DNA of 64,000 bases from assembly GCA_964428965.1 (NCBI GenBank), contig CAYSAF010000003.1, positions 7,272 through 71,271 of the forward strand. Direction: 5' to 3'. The translations under genes and the position numbers were made by a program. The notes under the pieces are model-generated. The model had not been told where the DNA came from. It ran no database searches and saw only the letters and a program-made list of their open reading frames with translations. The first letter of the stretch is position 1, and every line of letters starts with the position of its first letter. Below are positions 36,008-45,642 of the stretch, piece by piece. This DNA comes from Candidatus Woesearchaeota archaeon. Its GTDB lineage: Archaea; Nanobdellota; Nanobdellia; SCGC-AAA011-G17; VGLX01.

Positions 36008-37086
36008 AGCTAGCTATTATAAGTCTTGGTGCAACATCCAGTAAAAATATTTTGGAGGAATCAAAGAAGTATTTTGATGTGGCTGACAGCATAGATATTC
36101 GCAAGGTCGATGTTGAGATGGGCTCTGACGGTTTGGTGGTTATGCATAACGGTAAGAGGCTTCCTGATTACGACTGTGTTTACGTCAGGGGTTCTTACAA
36201 GTATGCCTTATTACAGTCCTCGGTTACTTCCGCTTTGTTTGGTAAGTGCTACATGCCTTTGCACAGCACTTCATTTACCACTGGCCACGATAAGTTGCTG
36301 ACTTTCTTGGAGTTACAGCGTTGCAGCATTCCAATGCCAACCACCTATGTCTCTGCTACCACTAATTCCGCTAAGCAGCTCTTCAATAACGTCCGCTACC
36401 CAGTAATTATTAAGATTCCTAAGGGCACTCAAGGGAAGGGTGTGATGGTTGCTGATTCTGTTCAGTCAGCAAGGTCTATGATAGATGCCCTCGATGCCTT
36501 TAATCAGCCTTACATAATCCAGGAATATTTGGAGACTGATGCTTCTGACATAAGGGCCATAGTCCTGGGCGATAAGGTTGTTGCTTGTATGCGCCGTAAG
36601 AATCCCTCTCCTGCTGAATTCCGTGCAAATATACACCAAGGTGGTGTTGGTGAGCCTTGCTCTCTTGACTTTGATGCAGAGCAGGTTGCTGTTCGTGCTG
36701 CTCGTGCCCTGAAGTGTGACATCTGTGCTGTTGACTTGCTTGAGTTCAATAACAGAATGTATGTTATTGAGGTTAATCTCTCTCCTGGTTTAGAAGGCAT
36801 TAACGCTGCTCTTGATACTAACGTTGCTGTTCCCCTAGCTAAGTTCCTCTATGACAGGACTCTAGAATTTGTTGAGAGTAAGAAGAACGGAGATTTTAAC
36901 AAGGTTATCAGGAAGATTGACAGCCAGGAGATGATCTCCAACCTGAGCATTAAGGCTGGAGTTATTAAGCTGCCAGAGCTTATCACAAAGATTACAGGTT
37001 TCACTCCCGATGATGACGTTAGGATTGTTATTAGTAAGGGTAATTTGATGATTCACAAGTATGATCTTGAGAAGGATAAAAGTTAA
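36004..37086 (+). CDS. rimK: RimK-family ATP-grasp alpha-L-glutamate ligase
   Basis: The ATP-grasp blocks are present (VIIKIPKGTQGKGVMVADS, YIIQEYLE, IRAIVLGDKVVACMRR, MYVIEVNLSPGLEG). Confidence 0.7.
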   Translation: MKLAIISLGATSSKNILEESKKYFDVADSIDIRKVDVEMGSDGLVVMHNGKRLPDYDCVYVRGSYKYALLQSSVTSALFGKCYMPLHSTSFTTGHDKLLTFLELQRCSIPMPTTYVSATTNSAKQLFNNVRYPVIIKIPKGTQGKGVMVADSVQSARSMIDALDAFNQPYIIQEYLETDASDIRAIVLGDKVVACMRRKNPSPAEFRANIHQGGVGEPCSLDFDAEQVAVRAARALKCDICAVDLLEFNNRMYVIEVNLSPGLEGINAALDTNVAVPLAKFLYDRTLEFVESKKNGDFNKVIRKIDSQEMISNLSIKAGVIKLPELITKITGFTPDDDVRIVISKGNLMIHKYDLEKDKS

Positions 37087-37097
37087 AATAAATAGCT

Positions 37098-37463
37098 CTA
37101 TATTTTGTTTCTTCCTTCTTGAAATCCTTTGTGCCAGCCTATATGCCCTGATAACCTGTTGTTGACTTGGTAGACCATACCCATAAGGGTTACAGTTAAT
37201 GTTAAATTTGCTATGACTAAGGCAAGAATAACATTTTCTATTGTCCAGCTTCCTCCAAGTAACAATCTGATTATCTGGATAATTAGGATTATGGCTATTA
37301 TGTAAAATAAAATCTGTGCAGATATTTTAATGAATTTGACAAGTTTATTTTTATTCATCTCAACCTCGTTATAAGTAGTATTATTGCAAGTATTGTTAAT
37401 AGTGCAGCTATAACCATTGACACCGTAAGGAAAGTCTGTTCTTTTTGCATATTTATTAATCAT
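37098..37463 (-). CDS. Small membrane protein, hypothetical
   Basis: It has two or three predicted TM helices and no recognisable family. Confidence 0.3.
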   Translation of the reverse strand: MINKYAKRTDFPYGVNGYSCTINNTCNNTTYNEVEMNKNKLVKFIKISAQILFYIIAIILIIQIIRLLLGGSWTIENVILALVIANLTLTVTLMGMVYQVNNRLSGHIGWHKGFQEGRNKI

Positions 37464-37534
37464 ATTACCTTGTTATTAAGCCTTTCTTAGGTTTATTCAG
37501 AAATATTATAAAAAAAATAAAAAAAGAAAAAGTT

Positions 37535-38572
37535 TTAGCAACTTCCTGTTGTTGTAGAACCTGTTGTGCTTAGATTCTGACTGCATTCTGTTGGCTTTGT
37601 CTTAAAGCCGCAGCAGATGTTTTCTTTGTACTGGTCTGGTGCCCTTCCTCCTTCGTAAGGTTCGCTGTTTACGAAGATTGTTGGGCTTCCTTCCACGCCT
37701 TTCTCTTCATTCAGTTTTTTCTCTGCTTCCATCAGGGCTACTCCCTCGTTTGTGAAGCATTCATTGACCTTTGCTTTGTCAACTTTTGTCTTGTCTGCAC
37801 ATGTTTCCCAGCACGTCTTTATGTTGCTAACGCTGCAGTCTGTCATCGCACAATTTATATAGTCCCAGAACTTGTCTTTCTGGTATTTGTAGACGCATGC
37901 TTGTCTAATGTCTTCGTTCAATTCCTCTACGCCGTGCATGCTGCAGAGCGTTCCGTTGTTGATGCAGTAGTCTGCGCTTCCACCTTGGTATTCCTCATAT
38001 ACTACGTAGTGTGGTTGTATGTCCACCTTGTCTGCAAACAGCTTTGCTACAGGTGCCATTCCTTCCATTGCTTGTATTCCGTATGGACAGTATGCCATGT
38101 AGTACACTTCAACTGTTGGCTTGTCTTGTTTTGTCATATCTTCGCATGCTTTTGCTTGCGTTTCCTCTGGTGTTGCTACCTTTTTGTTGAGGTCTATTCC
38201 TTGTGGGAATAGCAGCCTTCCGTCTTTAGTTACGTAAGCATCGAATTTTTGTGCCCCTATGGTTAGTTTTACGTTGTACAAGTCCCCATTGTCTTTTATC
38301 TCTCCGAGCGTTGCTGTCATCTGTCCTTGGAGCAGTACATCGTTGATGTATTTTATTGCCTTGTCTCCTGCTTGCTGTTCACCTATCGGGGCTCCTATGC
38401 TGCCTCCTCCGAGTGAGGTGAAGCCTCTAGTGAACATGGAGATGATAAGCAGTGCAAATAGAACCCCTGAAGCTATAATCCAGAAGCTGTTTCTCCTTCT
38501 TCTCTTGGGGAGCTCCAGTTTTTGTTCTGTTTTGTGCTCGATATTCTCTTTATGTTCGTGTTCTTCAGCCAT
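37535..38572 (-). CDS. Membrane-anchored Cys-rich thioredoxin-fold (DsbA-like) protein with a degenerate CPYG motif
   Basis: It has an N-terminal TM anchor. The region VEVYYMAYCPYGIQAM resembles a DsbA CPxC active site with the second Cys replaced. The C-terminal half contains more than 12 additional Cys. Confidence 0.3.
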   Translation of the reverse strand: MAEEHEHKENIEHKTEQKLELPKRRRRNSFWIIASGVLFALLIISMFTRGFTSLGGGSIGAPIGEQQAGDKAIKYINDVLLQGQMTATLGEIKDNGDLYNVKLTIGAQKFDAYVTKDGRLLFPQGIDLNKKVATPEETQAKACEDMTKQDKPTVEVYYMAYCPYGIQAMEGMAPVAKLFADKVDIQPHYVVYEEYQGGSADYCINNGTLCSMHGVEELNEDIRQACVYKYQKDKFWDYINCAMTDCSVSNIKTCWETCADKTKVDKAKVNECFTNEGVALMEAEKKLNEEKGVEGSPTIFVNSEPYEGGRAPDQYKENICCGFKTKPTECSQNLSTTGSTTTGSC

Positions 38573-38586
38573 TTTGTAAATCCCCC

Positions 38587-40380
38587 TTAGTAGTTTATAA
38601 GTATCTCGACCCTTTTTCCGAACAGATTTCTTAAGTCCTCAAATATCTTTTCTTTGATGAATACCTTTGATGGTATCTGGTTTTTTCCGAGCTCTTTTTC
38701 CATCTCTTCTTGAGAGCTTTTTGTGATGTTTTTTAAGCCCCCCTCCTCTGTGACTTCTGCCTTTTGTACATCTTCCCTGTTTTCCAGGTTTGAGGTTATA
38801 AAGGCTACCTTCTCTAGTAGTAGTACCTCTCCGAATTTGTCTTCATATTTAAATCTTATCTTTGCCCTTTCCAGTTCCATGCCCCTGCTTCTCTGTATGT
38901 ATTCTACTAATATTTTTATGTACACCCTTGCTTCTTTGTTTATTTTTTCTATTTCCTGTTTCGTGATTTTCTTTGATTTGAAGTCTTTTCTTGCTTTTAT
39001 CACGTTTTTTAGTATGCCCAGCATCTTTTCTGGCAGTTTCCCCTCGTCTACTAATTTTTCTTTGAGTACCTTTTCTATTTCTGCTGCTTTTTCTTGTGTT
39101 GTCATTCTTAGCGCATCCTTGGTTATCATCATGCATGTGTCATAAATTTCTTCTACGTTTTTTACTTCGCTTCTCTTCTCTATTTCAACGAACAGTTTCT
39201 TTATCCTTTTGAGGTAATCGTCAATTTCTTTTAGTAGCGTGTCTATCTCTTTGCCGCTTACTTCCTTCAGCTTTCCATGTTCCACTTCCTTGAACATCTT
39301 TCTTATCCTTTCTAGTGTGTTTACGTATTTCTTTTCGAGCATTTTTTCTTTCTTTACGAATATTTCTTCCATAAGCTTTACTGTTTCTTTTGGTGTTGGC
39401 GGCGGTATTCCGTAAAGCATGAGTGCTGCTTGTGCGGGGTTTAAAGCAGCGTAGAACAGGTCTTCTCCTACCACGCTTAGCAGTTTTTGTTTTACTCTTT
39501 CTATGAGTTTTTCTCCTATGTCCATGTTCATGTCTATTGCCTCTGGGCTTGGTCTTATCCTTCCCATCTGCAGTAGCAGTTTCCACGGCATGAAAACTCC
39601 CCTGTCAAATAAAGGAACACCATCCCTTAGGAATGTGAATATTACCGGGTTTGCATCTTTTATTGAGTCCCAGAAGTCTGTAAGTATGTACGTCTGGACA
39701 TGAAATTGTGCCTCTACCCCAACCATTTTTCCTGCTGTGTAGCCCATGTCTGATATTATTGCTCTGAGTTTGTCCTTTAATTCTGCTCTTGACATCTTTT
39801 TTACGTCTGTGTCATCTATTATTATGTACACGTCAATGTCGTTGGGCTTTGAGTCCCCCCTGAATAAAGATCCTGCTGCAACATAGCTTATGACGTATTT
39901 TTCGAATTTCTTGATTGCCATGTCCTTGTGCACTTCTGCTGCTTTTAGTGCAGAGAGCATTCCCCTGTCGTGCACTATCGCTCCCACAGCTATCAAGTTA
40001 AGGACGTCATATTTTCCGTCGAAGCACATCTCTTTTAGGTCAGAAACCATTAAAGATTGGGGTCTTATGTTTTTGTCTATTCCCTTTGCAATCTCTCCTA
40101 AAGAGTTTTCAATCTTTACTTTTATGGCTTCTTTGTTCATTTTTTGTATTTCAGAATCGTCTATCAGGATTAGTACGTTTATTTCTTGTGTTTTTTTCTT
40201 TTCTTTTTCCGGTGGCAATAATTCTATGCCTACCACCTCTTTGTTGTATTTTTTGATGACTTCTTCTTTGAATTTTTCCAGAGTTTTCTTTATTTCATCA
40301 AGTTTTTTCTGTATTTCCGGAGAAATCTGGGCTATTTCTTCTTCTGTCATTATTTCCTTGTTTTCTTCTTCCTTCTTCAT
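38587..40380 (-). CDS. Nucleotidyltransferase-domain protein (Pol-beta superfamily, possibly two NTase-like modules plus a helical domain)
   Basis: The motif GS-x9-DxD (AAGSLFRGDSKPNDIDVYIIID) is present, and an earlier weaker copy reads VVGIELLPPEK...INVLILIDD. The C-terminal half is long and helical. Confidence 0.4.
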   Translation of the reverse strand: MKKEEENKEIMTEEEIAQISPEIQKKLDEIKKTLEKFKEEVIKKYNKEVVGIELLPPEKEKKKTQEINVLILIDDSEIQKMNKEAIKVKIENSLGEIAKGIDKNIRPQSLMVSDLKEMCFDGKYDVLNLIAVGAIVHDRGMLSALKAAEVHKDMAIKKFEKYVISYVAAGSLFRGDSKPNDIDVYIIIDDTDVKKMSRAELKDKLRAIISDMGYTAGKMVGVEAQFHVQTYILTDFWDSIKDANPVIFTFLRDGVPLFDRGVFMPWKLLLQMGRIRPSPEAIDMNMDIGEKLIERVKQKLLSVVGEDLFYAALNPAQAALMLYGIPPPTPKETVKLMEEIFVKKEKMLEKKYVNTLERIRKMFKEVEHGKLKEVSGKEIDTLLKEIDDYLKRIKKLFVEIEKRSEVKNVEEIYDTCMMITKDALRMTTQEKAAEIEKVLKEKLVDEGKLPEKMLGILKNVIKARKDFKSKKITKQEIEKINKEARVYIKILVEYIQRSRGMELERAKIRFKYEDKFGEVLLLEKVAFITSNLENREDVQKAEVTEEGGLKNITKSSQEEMEKELGKNQIPSKVFIKEKIFEDLRNLFGKRVEILINY

Positions 40381-40475
40381 GTTAGGATTTCAGCTTTTTT
40401 GTTATTTAAATGTTTTGATTCTCGTTCTATTTTCCCAAAAGTTTTTTAAAGAGAGTTTAAACCTTCTTTTACCAA

Positions 40476-40588
40476 GGGCCTGTGGTCTAGTGGTTATGAT
40501 AGGAGTTAAAGACCTATAATACACATCACCCTTACAAAAATTAATTTAAGAGCGGTGGAGGTCCCCGGTTCGAATCCGGGCAGGCCCA
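40476..40588 (+). tRNA. tRNA-Val(UAC) with two introns (about 24 nt near position 26/27 and 16 nt at 37/38)
   Basis: The read is GGGCCTG-T-G-GTCT-AGTGGTTA-TGAT-A-[GGAGTTAAAGACCTATAATACACA]-TCACC-CTTACA-[AAAATTAATTTAAGAG]-C-GGTGG-AGGTC-CCCGG-TTCGAAT-CCGGG-CAGGCCC-A. The 5' part matches the archaeal tRNA-Val D-arm (GTGGTCTAGTGGTTATGA). Confidence 0.5.
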
Positions 40589-40937
40589 TTTCTTACTTCT
40601 TAACATCTTTAGATGCAATTTCCGTTGGAACGTATTTTTTTCAGGGTAAATTCTCAAATAGAACAAAACTGTTTGAAACCTTTGCCATGTAGCCAAGGTA
40701 ATCAGCTCTCACTTTGGTTCCGGGTTTATAGTCTTCTAGTTTGCAATCAATGGACTTGAAGCAATGTCCGTGTTTTTTTACTAAGAAGGTTCCGACATGG
40801 TCCTCTCTCGTTACTTCATCTCCCTCTTCCAATTCAATGAACAGTTTCATGATCAAAGTACATTCTTAAAAAATTTAAATAAATATCTGTTCTCCAGACT
40901 AGTAAGCTTTTTAAACCCCATCACAGTAACGCTGGAC

Positions 40938-41294
40938 ATGTCAGTCGAGACTAGGGTTAGGCCCCATGAGTGTTGTGGCGGGTTTTCAGTAACCGCCCAC
41001 TTGGATGGTTTTGTTAAAGGTTTGTGTATGATCCACTTCGATTCTGAGGACTGTTTGGGTTGTTATATCACCTCGCTTCAACCTTCATCTGGCATCCCTC
41101 GTGCTTTGATTAGCAGGGCCTCAGAGGAGATAGGTATTATGACAAGGAAAGTCGGAAGAAAATTGGTGCATAAGGTGGTTTTAGTTAACGAGCGTTCTCA
41201 AAAGGTTCTGCCTCACATTTATGAGGAGTGGGGTTATAAGAATGAGGGTATGAGTGGGCTTCATTTGGTAATGACTAAAGAATATAATCCCTAG
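40938..41294 (+). CDS. Hypothetical Cys-rich protein (118 aa)
   Basis: It contains the PHECCGGFSVTAHLDGFVKGLCMIHFDSEDCLGC motif. The likely start is MSVETRV; the longer ORF-track N-terminus is improbable. Confidence 0.3.
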   Translation: MSVETRVRPHECCGGFSVTAHLDGFVKGLCMIHFDSEDCLGCYITSLQPSSGIPRALISRASEEIGIMTRKVGRKLVHKVVLVNERSQKVLPHIYEEWGYKNEGMSGLHLVMTKEYNP

Positions 41295-41295
41295 T

Positions 41296-41886
41296 TTACC
41301 TGCTCGCATCAGTCTGTCTTTCTATCTCCAGCTTCTTTGCTATGGCTACTGATTTGTTGTCGCAGTTGTAAGCCCTTATTATCTCTTCTGCTAGTGTTTC
41401 TTCTATTTTTTTCTTTGCGTTGAATGACTTTTGGTAAGCTCCCTGTGTCATCAGCCTTAACGCAAAGTCAACTCTTCTCTGGGGTGACATTTCCACAGGT
41501 TGGGGATATACAGCTCCTCCGTATTCTATGGTGTTTACCTCCTCCCTGGGAGCAGCGTTCTCTATCGCTTTGATTAGGACTTCTATTGGGTTTTTCTTTG
41601 TTTGCTGTTCTATTATGAGGAATGCCTTTTCTACTATCTTGTATGCCCTCACTGCTTTTCCGCCTGCTCTTCCTGAGGTTATCCTATGTTTCTTCCCCTT
41701 ATGGCCTGGTACCATCAGTTTGTTCATCAGTCTCTCTACTATGGATGCCTTTGTCTTTCCGAATTGTGTTTTCACATTCCTTCCGCCTGTTCTCGGTATT
41801 ATCCTTGGTTCCAGGTTTATGTATGCCTGCAATCCAGCATCGATTACCTTTACCCCTTCTATATCCCATCTGTTGAACATCTTCAC
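41296..41886 (-). CDS. rps7: 30S ribosomal protein S7 (uS7)
   Basis: It has the archaeal S7 N-terminus ([19 protein letters not shown]) and the conserved Y...AIENA...VNTIEYGG blocks. Confidence 0.85.
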   Translation of the reverse strand: MKMFNRWDIEGVKVIDAGLQAYINLEPRIIPRTGGRNVKTQFGKTKASIVERLMNKLMVPGHKGKKHRITSGRAGGKAVRAYKIVEKAFLIIEQQTKKNPIEVLIKAIENAAPREEVNTIEYGGAVYPQPVEMSPQRRVDFALRLMTQGAYQKSFNAKKKIEETLAEEIIRAYNCDNKSVAIAKKLEIERQTDASR

Positions 41887-42320
41887 CTTCTTCCCTTCTC
41901 TATCTTGCCTGATAGCAGTGCTTCTAGTGATTGATCATTAACTTTTATTACTTGCCACCTCACTCCTGGCAAATCACCCTTAGCTCTTCCCTTCTTTCCC
42001 CCTATGGCTTCTATGAGAACTTCGTCGTGTTCGTTAATCAGCTTTATTGCGTTGTTGCCTGGAACGAATGCCGTTACTTTTCTTCCGTTTTTTATCAGTT
42101 GTACCTTTACTACTTTTCTCATTGCTGAGTTCGGCTGTTTTGCCTCTACCTGAGATTTTTCCAGCACTATTGCCTTTGCCTGCGGCACCCCTTTTAGGGG
42201 GTCTGATTTTGCTTTAAGCTTTAGGATTCTTCTCTTGTATGCGTCGTCTTGCCATCTGTGTTTCTTTCTCTTAAGCTTTAATTTTTTTCCAAGCCCCAGT
42301 CCTCTTCCTTTCTTTCCCAT
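41883..42320 (-). CDS. rps12: 30S ribosomal protein S12 (uS12)
   Basis: It has the PNSAMRKV...[12 protein letters not shown]...[16 protein letters not shown] blocks. Confidence 0.85.
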   Translation of the reverse strand: MGKKGRGLGLGKKLKLKRKKHRWQDDAYKRRILKLKAKSDPLKGVPQAKAIVLEKSQVEAKQPNSAMRKVVKVQLIKNGRKVTAFVPGNNAIKLINEHDEVLIEAIGGKKGRAKGDLPGVRWQVIKVNDQSLEALLSGKIEKGRR

Positions 42321-42321
42321 C

Positions 42322-42729
42322 TTATTGTACCTCTATGTTTACATCAAAGTAGTTAGATACTATCTCTTGGAGCTCTTTTAAATTTTTCCTTTCTCTTCCA
42401 AGTACCGCTTCTTTGAATCTTGCTCCCTTCCCTTCTATGATTATCGTTTTTTCGTCTTTCATGTACACCTTGGCTTTCTGTGGTGCTATCATGTTCTCAG
42501 TGAATTTTGTTGCTTCATCATTAAATTCAACAATTTTTATTTTTTTCTTGAGTACGTTTGTTGCTTTTTTTATGTTCGCGCCATCTCTGCCTATCGCCTT
42601 TCCAGCCTCGCCCTCGTGAACTATGAATATGACTTCTTCTTGTGTCACATAACAGTCTTTCACCCTCGCCCTTGTCAGGTTCTCGAATAGGTTTATGAAT
42701 CCTATCGTCTCGGAGGTGAATTTTATCAT
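42322..42729 (-). CDS. nusA: Archaeal NusA-like KH-domain protein
   Basis: It has two KH-like segments with the GxxG motif ([15 protein letters not shown]) and sits at the conserved position between L30e and S12. Confidence 0.7.
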   Translation of the reverse strand: MIKFTSETIGFINLFENLTRARVKDCYVTQEEVIFIVHEGEAGKAIGRDGANIKKATNVLKKKIKIVEFNDEATKFTENMIAPQKAKVYMKDEKTIIIEGKGARFKEAVLGRERKNLKELQEIVSNYFDVNIEVQ

Positions 42730-42730
42730 C

Positions 42731-42979
42731 TTAGTAGCAGAGTACGCTTATCGAGAACGGTTTCTTGCATATCAACCCTATCTCATCGTTCGGTATGTCC
42801 AGTTGTATTATTCCTATATTTCCCAGTTTAGAGTAGTATTCTATCTTTTTTCTTGTGCTCTCTGGGCAGTTTGAAGATAAGAAAACTTTTTTTGCGTTGG
42901 CATTTTTTATTCTTTTTATGGTATTTTCTGTGCCAAAGCTTATCGTCGTTTCCTTCAGTGCTTTTCTTAATTCGTCCAT
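42731..42979 (-). CDS. rpl30e: 50S ribosomal protein L30e
   Basis: Its 82-aa size, its sequence (LKETTISFGTENTIKRIKNANAKKVFLSSNCPES...NIGIIQLD) and its conserved cluster position all fit L30e. Confidence 0.65.
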   Translation of the reverse strand: MDELRKALKETTISFGTENTIKRIKNANAKKVFLSSNCPESTRKKIEYYSKLGNIGIIQLDIPNDEIGLICKKPFSISVLCY

Positions 42980-43004
42980 GGTTTTTTCAGAAGTAGATGC
43001 CTTT

Positions 43005-43460
43005 TTAAATGTTTTCTTTTCTCACCGCTGTATTTGAAGCATAGTCCTTGTTTCCAAAGTTTATCCTTAGTGTTTGTATGCCCTCGTTTCTCACTCCCAT
43101 GCTTATGCTTCCTACCTGTTCGCAGTTGTAATTGCTTAATGTTATTGTTCCCCCCTTGATTTCATAGTCCATTACCTCACTGCCGCATCTTATCTCAGGC
43201 TTTGTTATGTAGTAAAAGGCATCACCTATTTCCACTATTTGCAGCTCTCCCCCCCCTTCTGTTTTGAATCTTACAGTCCATAAATCATTTACTGCAGCAT
43301 AGCTCTGCTTGTTCATAACCTCTATTCTTTGTTCTTTTGTCGCATACCCTGTTATTTTTGGGTCTTTTAGGAATACCATCCCGCATACGATTATTACTCC
43401 TAAAAAGAATAAGGCTGCTGCAATTCTTTCATGTCTTGCATGATCTCTCTTTTTTTTCAT
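43005..43460 (-). CDS. Hypothetical membrane-anchored protein
   Basis: It has an N-terminal TM (AAALFFLGVIIVCGMVFL) and an extracytoplasmic beta-rich domain. It is inserted in the RNAP/ribosomal cluster. Confidence 0.3.
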   Translation of the reverse strand: MKKKRDHARHERIAAALFFLGVIIVCGMVFLKDPKITGYATKEQRIEVMNKQSYAAVNDLWTVRFKTEGGGELQIVEIGDAFYYITKPEIRCGSEVMDYEIKGGTITLSNYNCEQVGSISMGVRNEGIQTLRINFGNKDYASNTAVRKENI

Positions 43461-43572
43461 TTTATCTTATCTATAAAATTTATTTTAACTTATAAATGTT
43501 TCTTTCCTGAAAACTGTTTTTTATTAGCGTAATGTCAAAAAGCTTATAAATTCTTTATTCCAATTAATTGCT

Positions 43573-44349
43573 GTGCCAATCGAAGAACACACAAAAAGGA
43601 TGTACAACCAGTTCGGAAGTGAGTACCAAAAAAGTCGTGATGAAAGAAAAAAGGAAAGGGTGTACAACGAATTCTTGGAAGTACCGTCAATGGTTAAAGC
43701 TGTTGGTAACATAGGAAGCAAAAGGTTGCTTGATGTTGGTTGCGGTGCGGGCATACACGCAAAGAAGTACCTTCAGAAAGGGGCAAAGGTTGAGGGGGTT
43801 GACATAAGCGAGACCATGATAAAATTGGCAAGAAAGAACTGCCCTGATGTAAATTTCAAAATTGGCACCATCACAAAATTACCTTACAAAAGTTCTTCTT
43901 TTGATGTGGTGACTGCAAGCCTCGTAATTGACTACGTTGATAATTTGAATAAAGCCTTCAGTGAGGTTAACAGAGTCTTGAAGAAAAAAGGCTTGTTTTA
44001 CTACTCCCGTAACAGCCCTGAAGCCTCTGCCAGGGAGCTGAAAGTGGAAGGGAGGTACAGGTACTGTGCTGTTGGTGCTGTGAGGGACACCAAGAACAAA
44101 AGATTAATCCCACTGGGAACACATTGGAAAGAAGGCATCCAAAAATTTGAGATGTTTCCAGGAATGACCTTAAAGTACTACAAAAGGAGTTTTAGCACAA
44201 ATCTTAAAGCGATAGTGAAATCTGGATTTGAATTGGTTAATTTCATAGACTGCAAACCCACACCTACCTTTAAGAATTATGACCAAGATACATACAGGAT
44301 ATTCACCAAATTCCCACTGTTTAGCATATATGTTTGTAGAAAGAAATAA
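43573..44349 (+). CDS. Class I SAM-dependent methyltransferase
   Basis: Motif I is LLDVGCGAGIHA, motif II is EGVDISETMIKLA, and motif IV is FDVVTASLVIDYV. Confidence 0.6.
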   Translation: MPIEEHTKRMYNQFGSEYQKSRDERKKERVYNEFLEVPSMVKAVGNIGSKRLLDVGCGAGIHAKKYLQKGAKVEGVDISETMIKLARKNCPDVNFKIGTITKLPYKSSSFDVVTASLVIDYVDNLNKAFSEVNRVLKKKGLFYYSRNSPEASARELKVEGRYRYCAVGAVRDTKNKRLIPLGTHWKEGIQKFEMFPGMTLKYYKRSFSTNLKAIVKSGFELVNFIDCKPTPTFKNYDQDTYRIFTKFPLFSIYVCRKK

Positions 44350-44474
44350 TAAAAACTTACCTAAAAATCATCTCAATTCTTCGATATCTTTATTCTTATC
44401 TACGTGCTTCTTTAATTTTAAAACGTCTTTTTTAGTTAAGATTTTCATGACATATGCCCACCTTTTTTTCTTTT

Positions 44475-45641
44475 TTATTTTTTCTTTTCCTGGTGGTTCA
44501 TTCTTGCTACTAAGTCTGGTAAGCCAGTTCCAAGGGGTACAGGTTGGTTTAGCAGTACGTTCTCTATTACAGAATTCAGATGGTCTTCTTCCCCTACCAT
44601 TGCCGCGTTTATTATGTGCTTTATCGGTGTTTCGAATGACGCCCTTGCCAGTACTGATTCTTTTTCTCCTGTTATTCCGCTTCTTGTTATCCCCCTTATT
44701 TCTCCTGTTGATGTCATTATGTCCGCTAGGAACATGATGTGCCTTACATCCACATCCAGTCCTTGGTCTTTTATCACCGTGTGAGCTTCGTTTATTATTG
44801 CCTGTCTTCCCGCCTCTATTCCCAGCACTTTTGCTGCTTCAAAGATGTTGTTGGTTGTTGTCCTCGTTATATCAACTTCCTCAATTTCAAGTACGTCTCT
44901 CAGGTTTGATCCTGCCGTTATTATTATAAACTCGTTTTTGCTTTTTGTTGGCATTACCTGTTTTATTCCCTGGACGCCCTTTATTACAAGTTCTTTTATC
45001 TTCTCTTTTAGCTTGTAGAGCTCTATTAGGCCCCCGCCTAATTCTTCTCCTTCCTTGGATTTTAGCTTTACTATGAATTCTTCTTTTTGTTCTTTTACCA
45101 TTGCTGTTTTTATGTTTGATATGCTTTTTATTATTAACTCTTCATTAACCCCCAACTCTTTCATCTTTTTTTTGTTGGGTTTTAGCTCTATCTGGGATTT
45201 TACCATGTTTATTGAGAATTCTGAGATTACTTCTTGCAGTTTTATCTCTTTTACCTTTGCTGCTACCTTTTTTACTTTGTCCGGATCGTTTCTTACCTCT
45301 TTGTCAAGGTAAATTTCCATTGCAGGTGTTTTTATTTCTTTTCTAGCGTCAAGTATTTCTATAAGTCTTGGCAGTCCCAACGTAACGTTTACTTCTGCTA
45401 CTCCGGCAAAGTGGAATGTGTTCAAAGTCATCTGCGTACCAGGTTCACCAAAGCTCTCTGCTGTTATCATTCCTATGGCTTCTCCCGGGTTTATTTTTGC
45501 ATCTGTGTATCTTTGCTTTAAAATTTCTTTTGCTTTTTCTGATTGTGCTCTGGTTAGTTTTCTCGCTTGTATTTCTGCTTCCAACTCTTCAACCAGTTTT
45601 GCCGGCAATTTTGCTTCTTCTTGTTTTTTTTCTTCTGCCAT
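44475..45641 (-). CDS. rpoA2: DNA-directed RNA polymerase subunit A'' (Rpo1C)
   Basis: It has the conserved [16 protein letters not shown] trigger-loop region and sits directly after rpoA'. Confidence 0.85.
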   Translation of the reverse strand: MAEEKKQEEAKLPAKLVEELEAEIQARKLTRAQSEKAKEILKQRYTDAKINPGEAIGMITAESFGEPGTQMTLNTFHFAGVAEVNVTLGLPRLIEILDARKEIKTPAMEIYLDKEVRNDPDKVKKVAAKVKEIKLQEVISEFSINMVKSQIELKPNKKKMKELGVNEELIIKSISNIKTAMVKEQKEEFIVKLKSKEGEELGGGLIELYKLKEKIKELVIKGVQGIKQVMPTKSKNEFIIITAGSNLRDVLEIEEVDITRTTTNNIFEAAKVLGIEAGRQAIINEAHTVIKDQGLDVDVRHIMFLADIMTSTGEIRGITRSGITGEKESVLARASFETPIKHIINAAMVGEEDHLNSVIENVLLNQPVPLGTGLPDLVARMNHQEKKK

Positions 45642-45642
45642 T

